A stretch of DNA of 64,000 bases. Origin: an uncultured Candidatus Rokubacteria bacterium. Lineage in GTDB: Bacteria; Methylomirabilota; Methylomirabilia; Rokubacteriales; DASRDR01. Numbering within the stretch: the stretch's first letter is position 1; the number at the start of each line of letters is the position of its first letter. Location of the stretch: assembly GCA_963826115.1 (NCBI GenBank), contig CAWGVS010000005.1, forward strand, positions 1,024,001-1,088,000. Direction: 5' to 3'. This document shows, in pieces, positions 9,368-19,256 of this stretch. The position numbers were made by a program, and so were the translations under genes. Below the pieces are notes generated by a model. It saw nothing but the letters and a program-made list of their open reading frames with translations. It was not told the DNA's origin and did no database searches.

Positions 9368-10564
9368 TCAGACGACGTGGTCCCGCCTGAACGCCGCGAT
9401 CTCGTCGGCGGAATAGCCGAGCTGGCCCAGGACCTCGGTCGTGTGGGCGCCGAGTTTCGGCGCCACGCTCCGCACCGCGACGGAGCTCCGGGACAGGCGT
9501 ACCGGCACACGCACGTGGGGGACCTGGCCGAGCACCGGATCCTCCGCGTGCACGACCATGCCCAGGTGGCGGACCTGCGGGTCCGAGAAAAGCTGGCCGT
9601 AGGTGTTGACCGGGCCGGACGGCACCCCGGCGGCGTCGAGCGCGGCGACCCAGTGGGCCGTCGGGCGCGTCGCCAGGACGCGCTCGAGCTCACGCTCGAG
9701 GGCCTCCCGGTGCTGGAGACGGTCGGCGTTCCGCCGGAAGCGCGCGTCGTCGATCCAGTCCGGCCGTCCGAGCGCCCGGGCGCAGCGCTCCCACAGCTCC
9801 TGCGTGGCGGCGCCGATCATCAGGTAGCCGTCCTGGGTGGCGAAGCGCTGGTACGGCGCGTTCTGGCGGTGGCGGGCCCCTTGGCGCGTCGGCTCGCGCC
9901 CGTCCACGAGCCACGCGGCGCCGGTCCACCCCGAGAAGCCGAGGGCCGTCTCGAGGAGCGAGCAGTCGACCTTCTGGCCCCGGCCCGTGCGCTCGCGCTC
10001 GTAGAGGGCGGCCAGGATCCCCTGGACGCCCCACATGCCGGTCCCGAGGTCGCAGATCGGCTGGCCGACCGACGTCGGCGGGCCGTCGGGCTCGCCGGTG
10101 ACGTGCATCAGTCCGCCCATTCCCTGGGCGATCAGGTCGAGGCCACCCTTGTCCCGGTAGGGGCCGTCCGGCCCGAACCCGCTCAGCTGCGCGTAGATCA
10201 GGCGCGGATTCTCGGCCGCGAGCGCCTCGTACCCGAGCCGGGCGCGCTCCATCACCGTCGCCCGGTAGTTCTCCACGAGGACGTCGACGCTCCGCACGAG
10301 ACGGAGAAACACCTCCCGCCCCGCCGCCCCCTTGTAGTCGAGGGTCACGCTCTTCTTGTTCCGGTTGATGTACCGGAAGAAGGGATTGCGCTCGGCGCCG
10401 TCGCCCATCGCGCGGGAGGAGTCACCCTTGCCGGGCCGCTCGAGCTTCAGCACCTCGGCCCCCATGTCCGCCAGGATCATCGTGCAGAACGGGCCGGCCA
10501 TGTGCTCGGTGAGGTCGAGGACCCGGAGACCCTGGAGCGGGCCCGAGGCAGTCGATGCGCTCAC
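9368..10564 (-). CDS. Family III CoA transferase (CaiB/BaiF)
   Basis: PLQGLRVLDL, AGPFCTMILADMGAEV, NRNKKS, ENYR. Confidence 0.93.
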   Translation of the reverse strand: MSASTASGPLQGLRVLDLTEHMAGPFCTMILADMGAEVLKLERPGKGDSSRAMGDGAERNPFFRYINRNKKSVTLDYKGAAGREVFLRLVRSVDVLVENYRATVMERARLGYEALAAENPRLIYAQLSGFGPDGPYRDKGGLDLIAQGMGGLMHVTGEPDGPPTSVGQPICDLGTGMWGVQGILAALYERERTGRGQKVDCSLLETALGFSGWTGAAWLVDGREPTRQGARHRQNAPYQRFATQDGYLMIGAATQELWERCARALGRPDWIDDARFRRNADRLQHREALERELERVLATRPTAHWVAALDAAGVPSGPVNTYGQLFSDPQVRHLGMVVHAEDPVLGQVPHVRVPVRLSRSSVAVRSVAPKLGAHTTEVLGQLGYSADEIAAFRRDHVV

Positions 10565-10577
10565 GTCGCGGCTCCTC

Positions 10578-11357
10578 TCAGCGCCCGACGAACCGCGGCG
10601 TCGTCTTCGCGAGGAACGCCCGGTAGCCGATCTGGAAGTCCTCGGTGTCGAAGCACTCGTAGGCCACGTCGCGGTCGGCCTCGGTCAGGGGTCGACGCGC
10701 GACCAGGTCGTAGACAAACCGCTTGTGCCACCGGGCGGCGAGGGGGGCGCCCTCGGCGATCTTCCGGGCCACGGCGTACGCCTCCTCCTCGACCCGGTCG
10801 TCGGGCACCACCCGGTTGACGAACCCGATCCGGAGCGCCGTCTGGGCGTCGAGCAGGTCCCCCGTGAGCAGGATCTCGAGCACCGACGGTGCGCCGATCA
10901 TCCGCACGACGGCCTCGAGCTCCTCGTGGCTCTCGACCAGCCCGAGGCGCTTGACGGGGACGCCGAACCGGCTCGACTCCCCGCTGATCCGGAGGTCGCA
11001 CATCCCGGCGAGCCCGAACCCGCCACCCACGCAGAGGCCCTGAATCAGCGCGACCACGGGATGCCGGCACGCGCGGACCGCGTGGAAGGCCGGGTTCCCG
11101 AGGCGCGCGTACTCCCGCGCCTTCGCCGCCGAGCTCCGCGTGGCCTCGAACTCGGCGATGTCCGCGCCGACGGAGAAGGCGCGGCCGCCGGCGCCGCGGA
11201 CGACGACGCACCGGAGGTCCGTGTCCCGGTCGCACGCCTCGATGATCTCGCCGAGCCGCCGGTTCATGGCGACCGACATGGCGTTCAGCTTCTCGGGCCG
11301 GTTCAGGACCACCGTCGCGATGGGCCCGTCCGTCGTCACGTAGATCGGCTCGCTCAT
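10578..11357 (-). CDS. Enoyl-CoA hydratase/isomerase family protein
   Basis: LNRPEKLNAM, AFSVGADI, GLCVGGG. Confidence 0.9.
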   Translation of the reverse strand: MSEPIYVTTDGPIATVVLNRPEKLNAMSVAMNRRLGEIIEACDRDTDLRCVVVRGAGGRAFSVGADIAEFEATRSSAAKAREYARLGNPAFHAVRACRHPVVALIQGLCVGGGFGLAGMCDLRISGESSRFGVPVKRLGLVESHEELEAVVRMIGAPSVLEILLTGDLLDAQTALRIGFVNRVVPDDRVEEEAYAVARKIAEGAPLAARWHKRFVYDLVARRPLTEADRDVAYECFDTEDFQIGYRAFLAKTTPRFVGR

Positions 11358-12253
11358 GCGTCGCTCCCTCGCTGGATCAGGATCCGCCGTCCGCGCTCGC
11401 GGAGGGCGTCAGGAAAGGGCGTCGGCCTCCGGGCGTCCACGTCGAGGTGCACGCCGAACTGGTCGAGACTCGCCACCAGCGCCCCGGAGCGCGCGTTGAA
11501 CATCCGGTGCAGCACCCGGATCGACGAGTTGCCGAGGTGGAGCAGCCCGGTCCGCACGCGCACGGGGTCGCCCGCGTGAAGCTCGTCCCGGAACTCGAGC
11601 TGGAACTCGAAGGTCGACATGCCCCGCCGCTGGTCCCGCATGTAGGCCGGCGTCATCCCGAACGCGGCGAACGTCTGGATTCCGCCCGCCGAGAAGCGGT
11701 GGATGTAGAAGGGAAAGGCGCTCTGTCCGAAGACGTCGATCTCCCAGGGCTTCACGGTGTCCCGCGCCGACTCGACGAACCCCTCCGAGCCCTCGGGCTG
11801 CCAGCGCGTCTCCCGGGCGGGGCCGTCCCAGGCGGCCTGGCGGGCCTCGGCGGCCTGGCGCGCGCCGGCCGGCAGCGCGGCGGGCTCCCGCCCCCCGAGC
11901 CCGACGTGGAGCGTCCGCTGCTCCATCGTCGCGCAGAGCACGCCGGTGTCCGAGTTGAAGACGCGGTGACCCAGACGGAGCCCGGTCTCGTCCACCCCGA
12001 TCACCGCGCTCGAGATGTGGAGGACGTCGCCGACGCGGAGCTCGTGCGCGTAGCGCACGTAGCAGTCGACGGTCACGCACCCGCGGCGCTCCGTCCGCAT
12101 GTACCCGGCGCCGAGCCCCAGGCCGTCGAGGAGCGTCAGCGTGGCGTCGGCGAACCGCTCGAAGTAGTAGGCCACCGTCAGGTGCTCGACGATGTCCGTC
12201 TCCCAGGGGAACACCGTGCCGCGGTACGTGTCGACCCAGGGCGCCTCGTCCAT
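11354..12253 (-). CDS. Tandem hot-dog thioesterase family protein
   Basis: Two 4HBT-like repeats (VFPWETDIVEH... and VKPWEIDVFGQ...). Confidence 0.82.
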   Translation of the reverse strand: MDEAPWVDTYRGTVFPWETDIVEHLTVAYYFERFADATLTLLDGLGLGAGYMRTERRGCVTVDCYVRYAHELRVGDVLHISSAVIGVDETGLRLGHRVFNSDTGVLCATMEQRTLHVGLGGREPAALPAGARQAAEARQAAWDGPARETRWQPEGSEGFVESARDTVKPWEIDVFGQSAFPFYIHRFSAGGIQTFAAFGMTPAYMRDQRRGMSTFEFQLEFRDELHAGDPVRVRTGLLHLGNSSIRVLHRMFNARSGALVASLDQFGVHLDVDARRPTPFPDALRERGRRILIQRGSDA

Positions 12254-12261
12254 GGGCACGG

Positions 12262-12290
12262 ACTGTAGACGCGCGCCGGAACAGCGTCAA
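12262..12290 (-). promoter_or_regulatory. Sigma70-type promoter, probably leaderless, for thioesterase-ECH-CoA transferase operon
   Basis: TTGACG-N17-TACAGT on minus strand, 8 nt before ATG at 12253. Confidence 0.65.
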
Positions 12291-12326
12291 CACGCGCGCC
12301 GAGGGGCGAGGGCGGCCCTGTCCGGG

Positions 12327-12722
12327 CTACGAGCGCTCCTCGACGTTGGAGCCGTCCACCCGGAGCCCGCAGCTCAGACAGCGCCGCGAAAAGATGTTCG
12401 TGTTGAAACGGACACCCGGCTCGTTCCGGGTCTGGAGCCGCGTGCGCCCGCGGTGGTGGAAGGGGCCATGACACCGAGGACAGCGCCGCGCGAGCGTCAG
12501 GAGGCACAGCGCGCATCCCAGCGCGAAGACGTTGAACATCCAGTTCCAGAAGCGGTGGGTCCAGGGCGCTCCGCTCACGAGGAAGTGGGTGCTCCCGGGG
12601 AACACCTTGTTCACGAGGACCAGGATGGCCGTGAGGACCACCGGGAGCCCGGCGCAGAGCCAGGCCGTCCGGCGAAACCATCGCAGCGTCCGGAGGCCCC
12701 GGCGGATCTCGGGGGAGTCCAT
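12327..12722 (-). CDS. Hypothetical membrane protein with C-terminal zinc-ribbon-like CxxC pair
   Basis: Two hydrophobic helices, then CPRC...CLSC; TAGACT -10-like box upstream. Confidence 0.6.
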   Translation of the reverse strand: MDSPEIRRGLRTLRWFRRTAWLCAGLPVVLTAILVLVNKVFPGSTHFLVSGAPWTHRFWNWMFNVFALGCALCLLTLARRCPRCHGPFHHRGRTRLQTRNEPGVRFNTNIFSRRCLSCGLRVDGSNVEERS

Positions 12723-12807
12723 GGCGGCGCCCAGTCTACCTCAGCGACCCGAGACGCCCGGCGCTCGACCTTCGTGATCGGGCGGCGATCGGCGCTAGAA
12801 TCCCAGC

Positions 12808-14055
12808 GTGCGCTGGCTCCTCGCGCTGAACCTCTGGGCGGTCGTCTTCACCGCGGCGCCGACCGCCGCGGACACGCTCGGCGAGGTACTGCGCGCCAGC
12901 GGCGTGACCCCCCCGCCGGCCCTGGTCGACCTCGATCGTCCGCTCGCGAGCCACGCGATTGCCGCGGACGGCAGCGCGACCCTCGTCCTCTACGATCGGG
13001 GACCGGCGGCAGGTCAGCCCGAGCTGGTGCTCCTGCGCCTGGGACCGGGGAGCGTCCCGCCGCGACGCGTCCCGGCCGTCTGGTCACGCTCGGCGCCCGA
13101 TGGGCTCGACGTGCGGACCTGCGCCCGGGTCGACTCGCTCGACCGCCGGGCGGGAGTCCTGGTGGCGACGGCCCACGTGAACCCATCCGCCGCCTGCACG
13201 CTGGTGTTCGGCCCGGACCTCCGTCTCCGCGCGGTCCTGCCGGGCTGGCTGGTCGCGACCCTGCCCGATGGGCGGCTCGTCTATCACCGGAACCAGGTCC
13301 ACTTCGCCTCGTTCCACCCGCTCGCCCTCCGCCTGTTCGATCCGGGTCGAGTCACGGACGCGCCCCTCCATCCGAGGAAGCCGTACCAGGCGGTACGGCT
13401 CGACCACATCGCTCGGATGCGGCGCGTCTACACGCCGGCCTGGTGCGCCGCACACAACCATCCGTGCGACCCCCAGGTCTTCGACGAGCGCCTGACCGGC
13501 GACGTCCGGATCGATCCGAGCGGCGACGCGATCGCCTTCGTCGTGTCACTCGACAACACCGCGGGCTGGAGCGACGCCGAGCGGTGGGGCCGGCTCGAGC
13601 CGTTCCGGGAGATCCGCGCCGCAGCCCGGTCATGGGACCGCCGGGGCCCGCCGCCGCCGGACCTGGCCGAGGGCCTCGCCGCGGGGCTGTCGAGAGCGCG
13701 GAACCTGGGCGCGGAGGCGCACGTGCGCGCCGCGCTGGCGAGCGACGCCGATGTTCGAGACCTCGTGGTCGCCGTGCTGGCGTCCTTGCCTGCCCCGCCC
13801 GGCGACCGGACCCGGTGGCTCGCCGCTCTCGATCCGCGCTGGAGCGAGCCCGAGGCCTGGGTGCGACTCCTGCGCCTCGTGGACGGTCCCGACGAGCTCA
13901 CCGACGTCGTCTACGTCTACACGGGTCTGACGTCGCCCGGTTCCCTGCGGTACCGCGAGCTCGCCAAGCCCGACTTCGACGCGCGCTTCGGGTCGCTGGA
14001 GGTCGCGCTCGAGCCCGCGGCGCTCCGCGCGCTCCTCGGCACCGCCGGCAGGTAG
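12808..14055 (+). CDS. Hypothetical secreted protein
   Basis: Signal-peptide-like N-terminus; TAGAAT 6 nt before GTG; host-like codon usage. Confidence 0.65.
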   Translation: MRWLLALNLWAVVFTAAPTAADTLGEVLRASGVTPPPALVDLDRPLASHAIAADGSATLVLYDRGPAAGQPELVLLRLGPGSVPPRRVPAVWSRSAPDGLDVRTCARVDSLDRRAGVLVATAHVNPSAACTLVFGPDLRLRAVLPGWLVATLPDGRLVYHRNQVHFASFHPLALRLFDPGRVTDAPLHPRKPYQAVRLDHIARMRRVYTPAWCAAHNHPCDPQVFDERLTGDVRIDPSGDAIAFVVSLDNTAGWSDAERWGRLEPFREIRAAARSWDRRGPPPPDLAEGLAAGLSRARNLGAEAHVRAALASDADVRDLVVAVLASLPAPPGDRTRWLAALDPRWSEPEAWVRLLRLVDGPDELTDVVYVYTGLTSPGSLRYRELAKPDFDARFGSLEVALEPAALRALLGTAGR

Positions 14056-14165
14056 CACCCGCGGGCCCTCCGCTCCGGGGGCCTGTCGCGTGGGCCGTGT
14101 GCTATCCTGACCGTGACGTCCTGGAGCGCGCGCCCCGGTCGTTCACGGCGCTGGAGGGCAGAGAG

Positions 14166-16439
14166 TTGCCGTATCCCGCGCGCGCACGTCAGGCGAGCGT
14201 CGTGGGCTTCGTCCTGTCGTGCGCCGTCATCGCCGGACTCGCCTGGCTGTCCCTGGATCGCATGCACCGGTTCCAGGAGGAGACGCGGCGGGTCCGCCAC
14301 ACGCAGGCCGTTCGCGAGCAGACGGAGTCCTTCCTGTCCCTCCTGAAGGATGCCGAGACCGGGCAGCGCGGGTACATCATCACCGGCGACCCCGGTTACC
14401 TCGCCCCCTACGCGCGCGCGGTCGTGGAGATCGGAGACCACCTCGCCGCCCTCCGCCGGCTCACCCGGGACAACTCGGCGCAGGGCGCGCGCGCCGGACA
14501 GCTCGAGACTCTCGTCGCCCAGAAGCTCGCCGAGCTCGAACGGACGGTCCGGACACGGACCGAGCAGGGGTTCGACGCTGCGGCGCTCATCATCGCCACC
14601 GACCAGGGAAAGCGCCTCATGGACGAGATCCGGAGCCTCACCGCGGCGATGCTGGCCGAGGAGAACCGGCTCTACGCCGTCCGGACGGAACGAGAGGAGA
14701 GCGAGAGTCGCGCCGCCATCGGCGCGAACCTGGGCGGCCTGGCCATCGCCCTCCTCTCCGTCGGTGTGGCGATGCTCCTCCTCCACTGGGCGACGCGCGA
14801 GCGGGAGCGGGAGCAGTCTGCGCGGGTTGTCGCGGAAGCCGTCGCCGCGGCGACCGTGAGCTCCGAGGCATGGCTCCGGACCACGCTTGCCAGCATCGGC
14901 GACGCCGTCATCGCCACCGACGAGCAGGGTCGCGTGAAGACGATGAACGCCGTGGCCCAGCAGCTCACGGGCTGGACGGGCTCCGACGCCGAGGGACGGC
15001 CGCTGGAGACCGTGTTCCGCATCGCCGACGAGGACACTGGCCGTCCCGTGGAGAACCCGGTGGGTCGGGTGCTGCGCGAGGGACAGGTCGTCGGCCTCGC
15101 CAACCACACCGTCCTCCACGCGCGGGACGGCCGCGTCATCCCCATCGACGACAGCGCCGCGCCCATCCGCACCCCGGAGGGGGACATCATCGGCGCGGTC
15201 CTCGTCTTCCGCGACATCACGGCCCGGCGCCGGAGCGAGCGCGAGCAGGCGCAGGCGCTCGAGCGCGAGAAGGCGGCGCGACGCGAGTCGGAGGCGGCGG
15301 CCCGCGGCAAGGAGGAGTTCGTGGCCACGCTCTCCCACGAGCTTCGGACCCCGCTGAACGCCATCTTCGGGTGGATCCAGCTTCTCCGCTCCGGCGCCCT
15401 CGACGACGCGCACCGGGCGCATGCGCTCGAGGTGATCGAGCGCAACACGCGGACCCAGGCCCGGATGGTCGACGACCTGCTGGACGTCTCGCGCATCATG
15501 ACGGGGCACTTCCGGATCGAGCCTCGGCCGGTGGACCTCCGGGCCGTGATCGGCGCCGCGGTGGACGCGGTTCGACCGGCGGTCGACGCGAAGGGCGTTC
15601 ATCTCGTGACGGACCTCGACCCCGCCGCGGGCACCGTGACCGGAGACGCGGATCGGCTCCAGCAGGTGGTGTGGAACCTCCTCACCAACGCCGTCAAGTT
15701 CACGCCGCGCGACGGCCGCGTGGAGATCCGTCTCCAGCGCCGGGATTCCCAGGTGGAGATCCGGGTGGCCGACACCGGCCGGGGCATCGCGGCGGACTTC
15801 CTGCCCCACGTGTTCGAGCGGTTCAGCCAGGCCGATACGTCGAGCTCCCGCGCCCAGCCGGGCCTCGGCATCGGCCTCGCGCTCGTCCGTCACCTCGTCG
15901 AGCTTCACGGCGGCACCGTGGCGGTGGCGAGCGAAGGCGAGGGCCGGGGCGCGACGTTCACGGTGCGGCTACCCGTCCCGGCGACCCTGCCCCGCGGCCG
16001 GACCGATGCGCCAGTGGACGGCGGGGGCGCGACGGACGGCGACCGGCCCCGTCCGCTTGCCGGCGTCCATGTCCTGGCCGTGGACGACGACGCCGACGCC
16101 CGCGAGCTCCTGCGCGTCGCCTTCCAGCAGGCGGGGGCGCGAGTCACGGTGGCCGAGTCGGCGCGGGCGGCGCTTGCCGCGATCGAAGCCGCCGCTCCCG
16201 ACGTCCTCGTCTCGGACATCGGCATGCCGGGCGGCGACGGCTACGAGCTTCTCGAGAGCGTCCGGGCCGTCGAGCGAGGCAGCCGGCTCCCGGCGGTGGC
16301 GCTCACGGCCTACGCTCGCGTCGAGGACCGTGACCGCGCGCTCCGGGCTGGCTTCCAGCTCCACGTCGCCAAGCCGATCGACCCGGCGGCCCTGGTGCGC
16401 GCCGTCGCCCTCGTCTGCGCCCGGGCCAAGCGCGTCTGA
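14166..16439 (+). CDS. Hybrid sensor histidine kinase (CHASE3-PAS-HisKA-HATPase-REC)
   Basis: DAETGQRGYIITG (CHASE3), SIGDAVIATD (PAS), LSHELRTPL, GLGIGL, VSDIGMP receiver; start at TTG approximate. Confidence 0.92.
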   Translation: MPYPARARQASVVGFVLSCAVIAGLAWLSLDRMHRFQEETRRVRHTQAVREQTESFLSLLKDAETGQRGYIITGDPGYLAPYARAVVEIGDHLAALRRLTRDNSAQGARAGQLETLVAQKLAELERTVRTRTEQGFDAAALIIATDQGKRLMDEIRSLTAAMLAEENRLYAVRTEREESESRAAIGANLGGLAIALLSVGVAMLLLHWATREREREQSARVVAEAVAAATVSSEAWLRTTLASIGDAVIATDEQGRVKTMNAVAQQLTGWTGSDAEGRPLETVFRIADEDTGRPVENPVGRVLREGQVVGLANHTVLHARDGRVIPIDDSAAPIRTPEGDIIGAVLVFRDITARRRSEREQAQALEREKAARRESEAAARGKEEFVATLSHELRTPLNAIFGWIQLLRSGALDDAHRAHALEVIERNTRTQARMVDDLLDVSRIMTGHFRIEPRPVDLRAVIGAAVDAVRPAVDAKGVHLVTDLDPAAGTVTGDADRLQQVVWNLLTNAVKFTPRDGRVEIRLQRRDSQVEIRVADTGRGIAADFLPHVFERFSQADTSSSRAQPGLGIGLALVRHLVELHGGTVAVASEGEGRGATFTVRLPVPATLPRGRTDAPVDGGGATDGDRPRPLAGVHVLAVDDDADARELLRVAFQQAGARVTVAESARAALAAIEAAAPDVLVSDIGMPGGDGYELLESVRAVERGSRLPAVALTAYARVEDRDRALRAGFQLHVAKPIDPAALVRAVALVCARAKRV

Positions 16440-16616
16440 CGGGTCGCCGAAACGATCGACGGGCCGATCCCCCTCGAGTCGAGTCCCGCAGTCCGGCCGC
16501 GCCGAGCTGGCCCCCAGCGCGCCCCTCCGGCCCTTGACGCGGACTGCCTTTCGGTCGATTCTCGGGCGCGTCGCGCCCGCGGCGCGGCGAGGCAACCCCG
16601 GACACGCGAGGAGCTC

Positions 16617-17870
16617 ATGACGCACGTTCGACATCCCCGCGCGAGCGCGGTCTCGTCCCCCAACATCCGGTTCGTCGGCCACTCCGACCAGGGCGGGAAG
16701 AGCGACGGCGTCCAGGTCATGGTCCATCGCGGCCACGCGTTCATCGGTCACACGTTCAGCAACGGCATCACGATCGTGGACGTGCGGGACCCCGCGCGGC
16801 CGCGGACGGTCGAGTTCATCGCCTGCCCGCCCAACACGCGGGCCGTCCACATCCAGACCCACGAGGACCTGCTTCTCGCCGTCAATGGTCCGAGCGTCTG
16901 GCACATGCAGGAGTTCCAGAACCTCCAGGACTACTTCGAAGGCTCCCCGGCCGACAAGCTGAAGAATCGCGCGGGGAGCTTCGCCTCGGGCATCCGTGTC
17001 TTCGACATCTCCCGCCCGGAGAAGCCGGCGGAGATCGGCTTCATGCCGGTCGACGGCATCGGCCCGCACCGCATCTGGTACACCGGGGGCCGCTACGCCT
17101 ACGCCTCGGTCCACTTCGCCGACTTCAGCGACCACATCCTCGCCGTGATCGACATGTCGAACCCGCGGCGGCCCGAGGTCGTCGGCCGCTGGTGGCTCCC
17201 GGGGATGTGGCGCGGCGGCGCCGAGACTCCGAGTTGGAAGAAAGGCCGGCGGTACGCGCTCCACCACGCCCTGGTCTCAGGGAACCTCGCCTACGGCGCG
17301 TGGCGCGACGGCGGCCTCACGGTGCTCGACGTGGCGGATCCGACCCGGCCCAAGCTCCTGGCCCACCGAAACTGGGACCCGCCCTTCGGCGGCGGCACGC
17401 ACTCGCCCCTCCCGCTCCCCGACCGGAATCTGCTCGTGGTCGCCGACGAGCCCACGACCATGAACTGCAGCCAGGGGCTCCGGTACGTCTGGATGTTCGA
17501 CGTGCGGGAGCCGTCGAACCCGATCAGCATCGCGACGTTCCCCAGCCCGTCGGAGGCCGACTACTGCCAGAAGGGCGGGAACTTCGGGCCGCACAACCTG
17601 CACGAGAACCGGCCGGGCGCCTTCCAGAGCTCGCGCCTCGTCTTCGCGACCTACTACAACGCCGGCGTGCGCGTCTACGACATCGAGAACGCGTTCCAGC
17701 CGCGCGAGGTCGGGTTCTACGTGCCGCCCGACCCCGAGCGGCTGATCGACCCCCGGCCCAACCGTCCGCTCGTGACCCAGTCGAACGACTGTTACGTCGA
17801 CCCGAACGGGCTCATGTACGTGACCGACAGCAACGGCGGTCTGAACATCCTCGAGTTCACGGGAGCGTGA
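16617..17870 (+). CDS. LVIVD repeat (beta-propeller) protein
   Basis: Repeated GITIVDVRDP, GIRVFDISRP, LAVIDMSNP, GLTVLDVADP, GVRVYDIEN blades. Confidence 0.85.
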   Translation: MTHVRHPRASAVSSPNIRFVGHSDQGGKSDGVQVMVHRGHAFIGHTFSNGITIVDVRDPARPRTVEFIACPPNTRAVHIQTHEDLLLAVNGPSVWHMQEFQNLQDYFEGSPADKLKNRAGSFASGIRVFDISRPEKPAEIGFMPVDGIGPHRIWYTGGRYAYASVHFADFSDHILAVIDMSNPRRPEVVGRWWLPGMWRGGAETPSWKKGRRYALHHALVSGNLAYGAWRDGGLTVLDVADPTRPKLLAHRNWDPPFGGGTHSPLPLPDRNLLVVADEPTTMNCSQGLRYVWMFDVREPSNPISIATFPSPSEADYCQKGGNFGPHNLHENRPGAFQSSRLVFATYYNAGVRVYDIENAFQPREVGFYVPPDPERLIDPRPNRPLVTQSNDCYVDPNGLMYVTDSNGGLNILEFTGA

Positions 17871-17920
17871 GCCTCCCGTCGGCGACCTACGCGGGCCCGC
17901 GAGGCCCGCAGGAGGACACC

Positions 17921-19093
17921 ATGCGACGGCAACGACTCGTCTTCGTGCTCGGCGCCGCCCTGCTGGCCGCGCTCGGCTGGGCGCTGTCCGCCTCCGCCCA
18001 GGGTCCGGTCAAGCTCGCCATCGTGGCCGAGATCACCGGCGGCGGCGCGCCGTCCGGGACGATGTTCCGGGACGGCGTCATCCTCGGGGCGGAGGAGATC
18101 AACAAGAAGGGCGGCATCCTCGGGCGCCAGCTCGAGACGTTCGTGATGGACACGCAGTCGGATCCCCCCACGTCGGTGGCCGTGATCCGGCGGGCCATCA
18201 ACGAGCAGCCGTTCGCCATCATGGGCACGGTGTACAGCGGCTCGACCGTGGCGAACATGGAGTTCGCCCGCCAGGCGGGCATCCCTCAGATCAGCGGCTC
18301 CGAGTCGATCCTGGTCGTCAGCAAGGGCAACCCGAACATCTTCCTGACGTCCTTCAGCCAGCAGATCGGCTTCGCGAAGCTGGTGAAGTGGGTAGCCGAC
18401 GACCTGAAGGCCGAGAAGATCGCCCTCATCTACGTCAACGACGCGTTCGGCAAGGGCGGCCGGGACATGTTCGTCAAGTTCCTCAAGGACCGTGGCAAGA
18501 CCCTGGTGGCCGACATCTCCACCGAGGTCCAGCAGGCCGACTTCACGGCCGAGCTCACTCAGGTCCGGTCGAGCGGCGCCACGCACCTCATGATCTACAG
18601 CCACGAGGAAGAGAACGCGCGCGTCATGATCCAGATGCGCAAGCTCGGCCTCAAGGTCGAGCCGGTCGGGGACAACCTGTGCGCCCAGACGACCATCGAC
18701 GCCGGCGGCGAGGCCATGAACGGCGCGCGCTGCCACGTCCCCATGACGGCGCTCTCGCCCGTGCCCAGCATGCTGGAGATGGGGAAGCGCTTCCAGGAGC
18801 GCTTCGGCCGCGTGCCCGACCACAACGGCTTCAAGGGCTACATCGGCGCGCACCTGATCAAGGCGGCCGCCGAGCGCGTGGGCGCCCTCGACCAGGGCAA
18901 GATCCGCGACTGCCTCCACAACAACGTGTTCCTCGCGGCGGACGAGGCGGGCCTCCTGATGGACACCTACGTCTTCGATTCGGGAGACGCCGACCGTCCG
19001 AGCTTCATCGTCGAGGTCAAGAACCAGAAGTCGCAGGTGGCGAAGGTGCTCCCGCTGCTCGGAGGACCCTATACCAAGCGAGCCTGCCGCTAG
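17921..19093 (+). CDS. Branched-chain amino acid type ABC substrate-binding protein
   Basis: RBS GGAGG, signal peptide, EEINKKGGILGRQL, DTQSDP. Confidence 0.9.
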   Translation: MRRQRLVFVLGAALLAALGWALSASAQGPVKLAIVAEITGGGAPSGTMFRDGVILGAEEINKKGGILGRQLETFVMDTQSDPPTSVAVIRRAINEQPFAIMGTVYSGSTVANMEFARQAGIPQISGSESILVVSKGNPNIFLTSFSQQIGFAKLVKWVADDLKAEKIALIYVNDAFGKGGRDMFVKFLKDRGKTLVADISTEVQQADFTAELTQVRSSGATHLMIYSHEEENARVMIQMRKLGLKVEPVGDNLCAQTTIDAGGEAMNGARCHVPMTALSPVPSMLEMGKRFQERFGRVPDHNGFKGYIGAHLIKAAAERVGALDQGKIRDCLHNNVFLAADEAGLLMDTYVFDSGDADRPSFIVEVKNQKSQVAKVLPLLGGPYTKRACR

Positions 19094-19256
19094 GCGGGCT
19101 TGACCTCCTGCCCGGCACCGGCGCGCGGGCGCGGATGGGAGGCGCGGGCGGCGGCCGGCGGCCCTCTCGGGTCGCGGCCCCGCGCGCGGCCGCTCGCTTC
19201 CCGATTGGAACTCGCGGGCGTCCGCTCGCGACCGCCGCCGGGCCTGAACGCCTGAC

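Noticed and set aside
12192-14165. N-terminal 658 codons of the 1415-aa ORF
   Set aside because: Arg/Pro/Gly-rich shadow frame overlapping real genes; kinase similarity starts near 14166.
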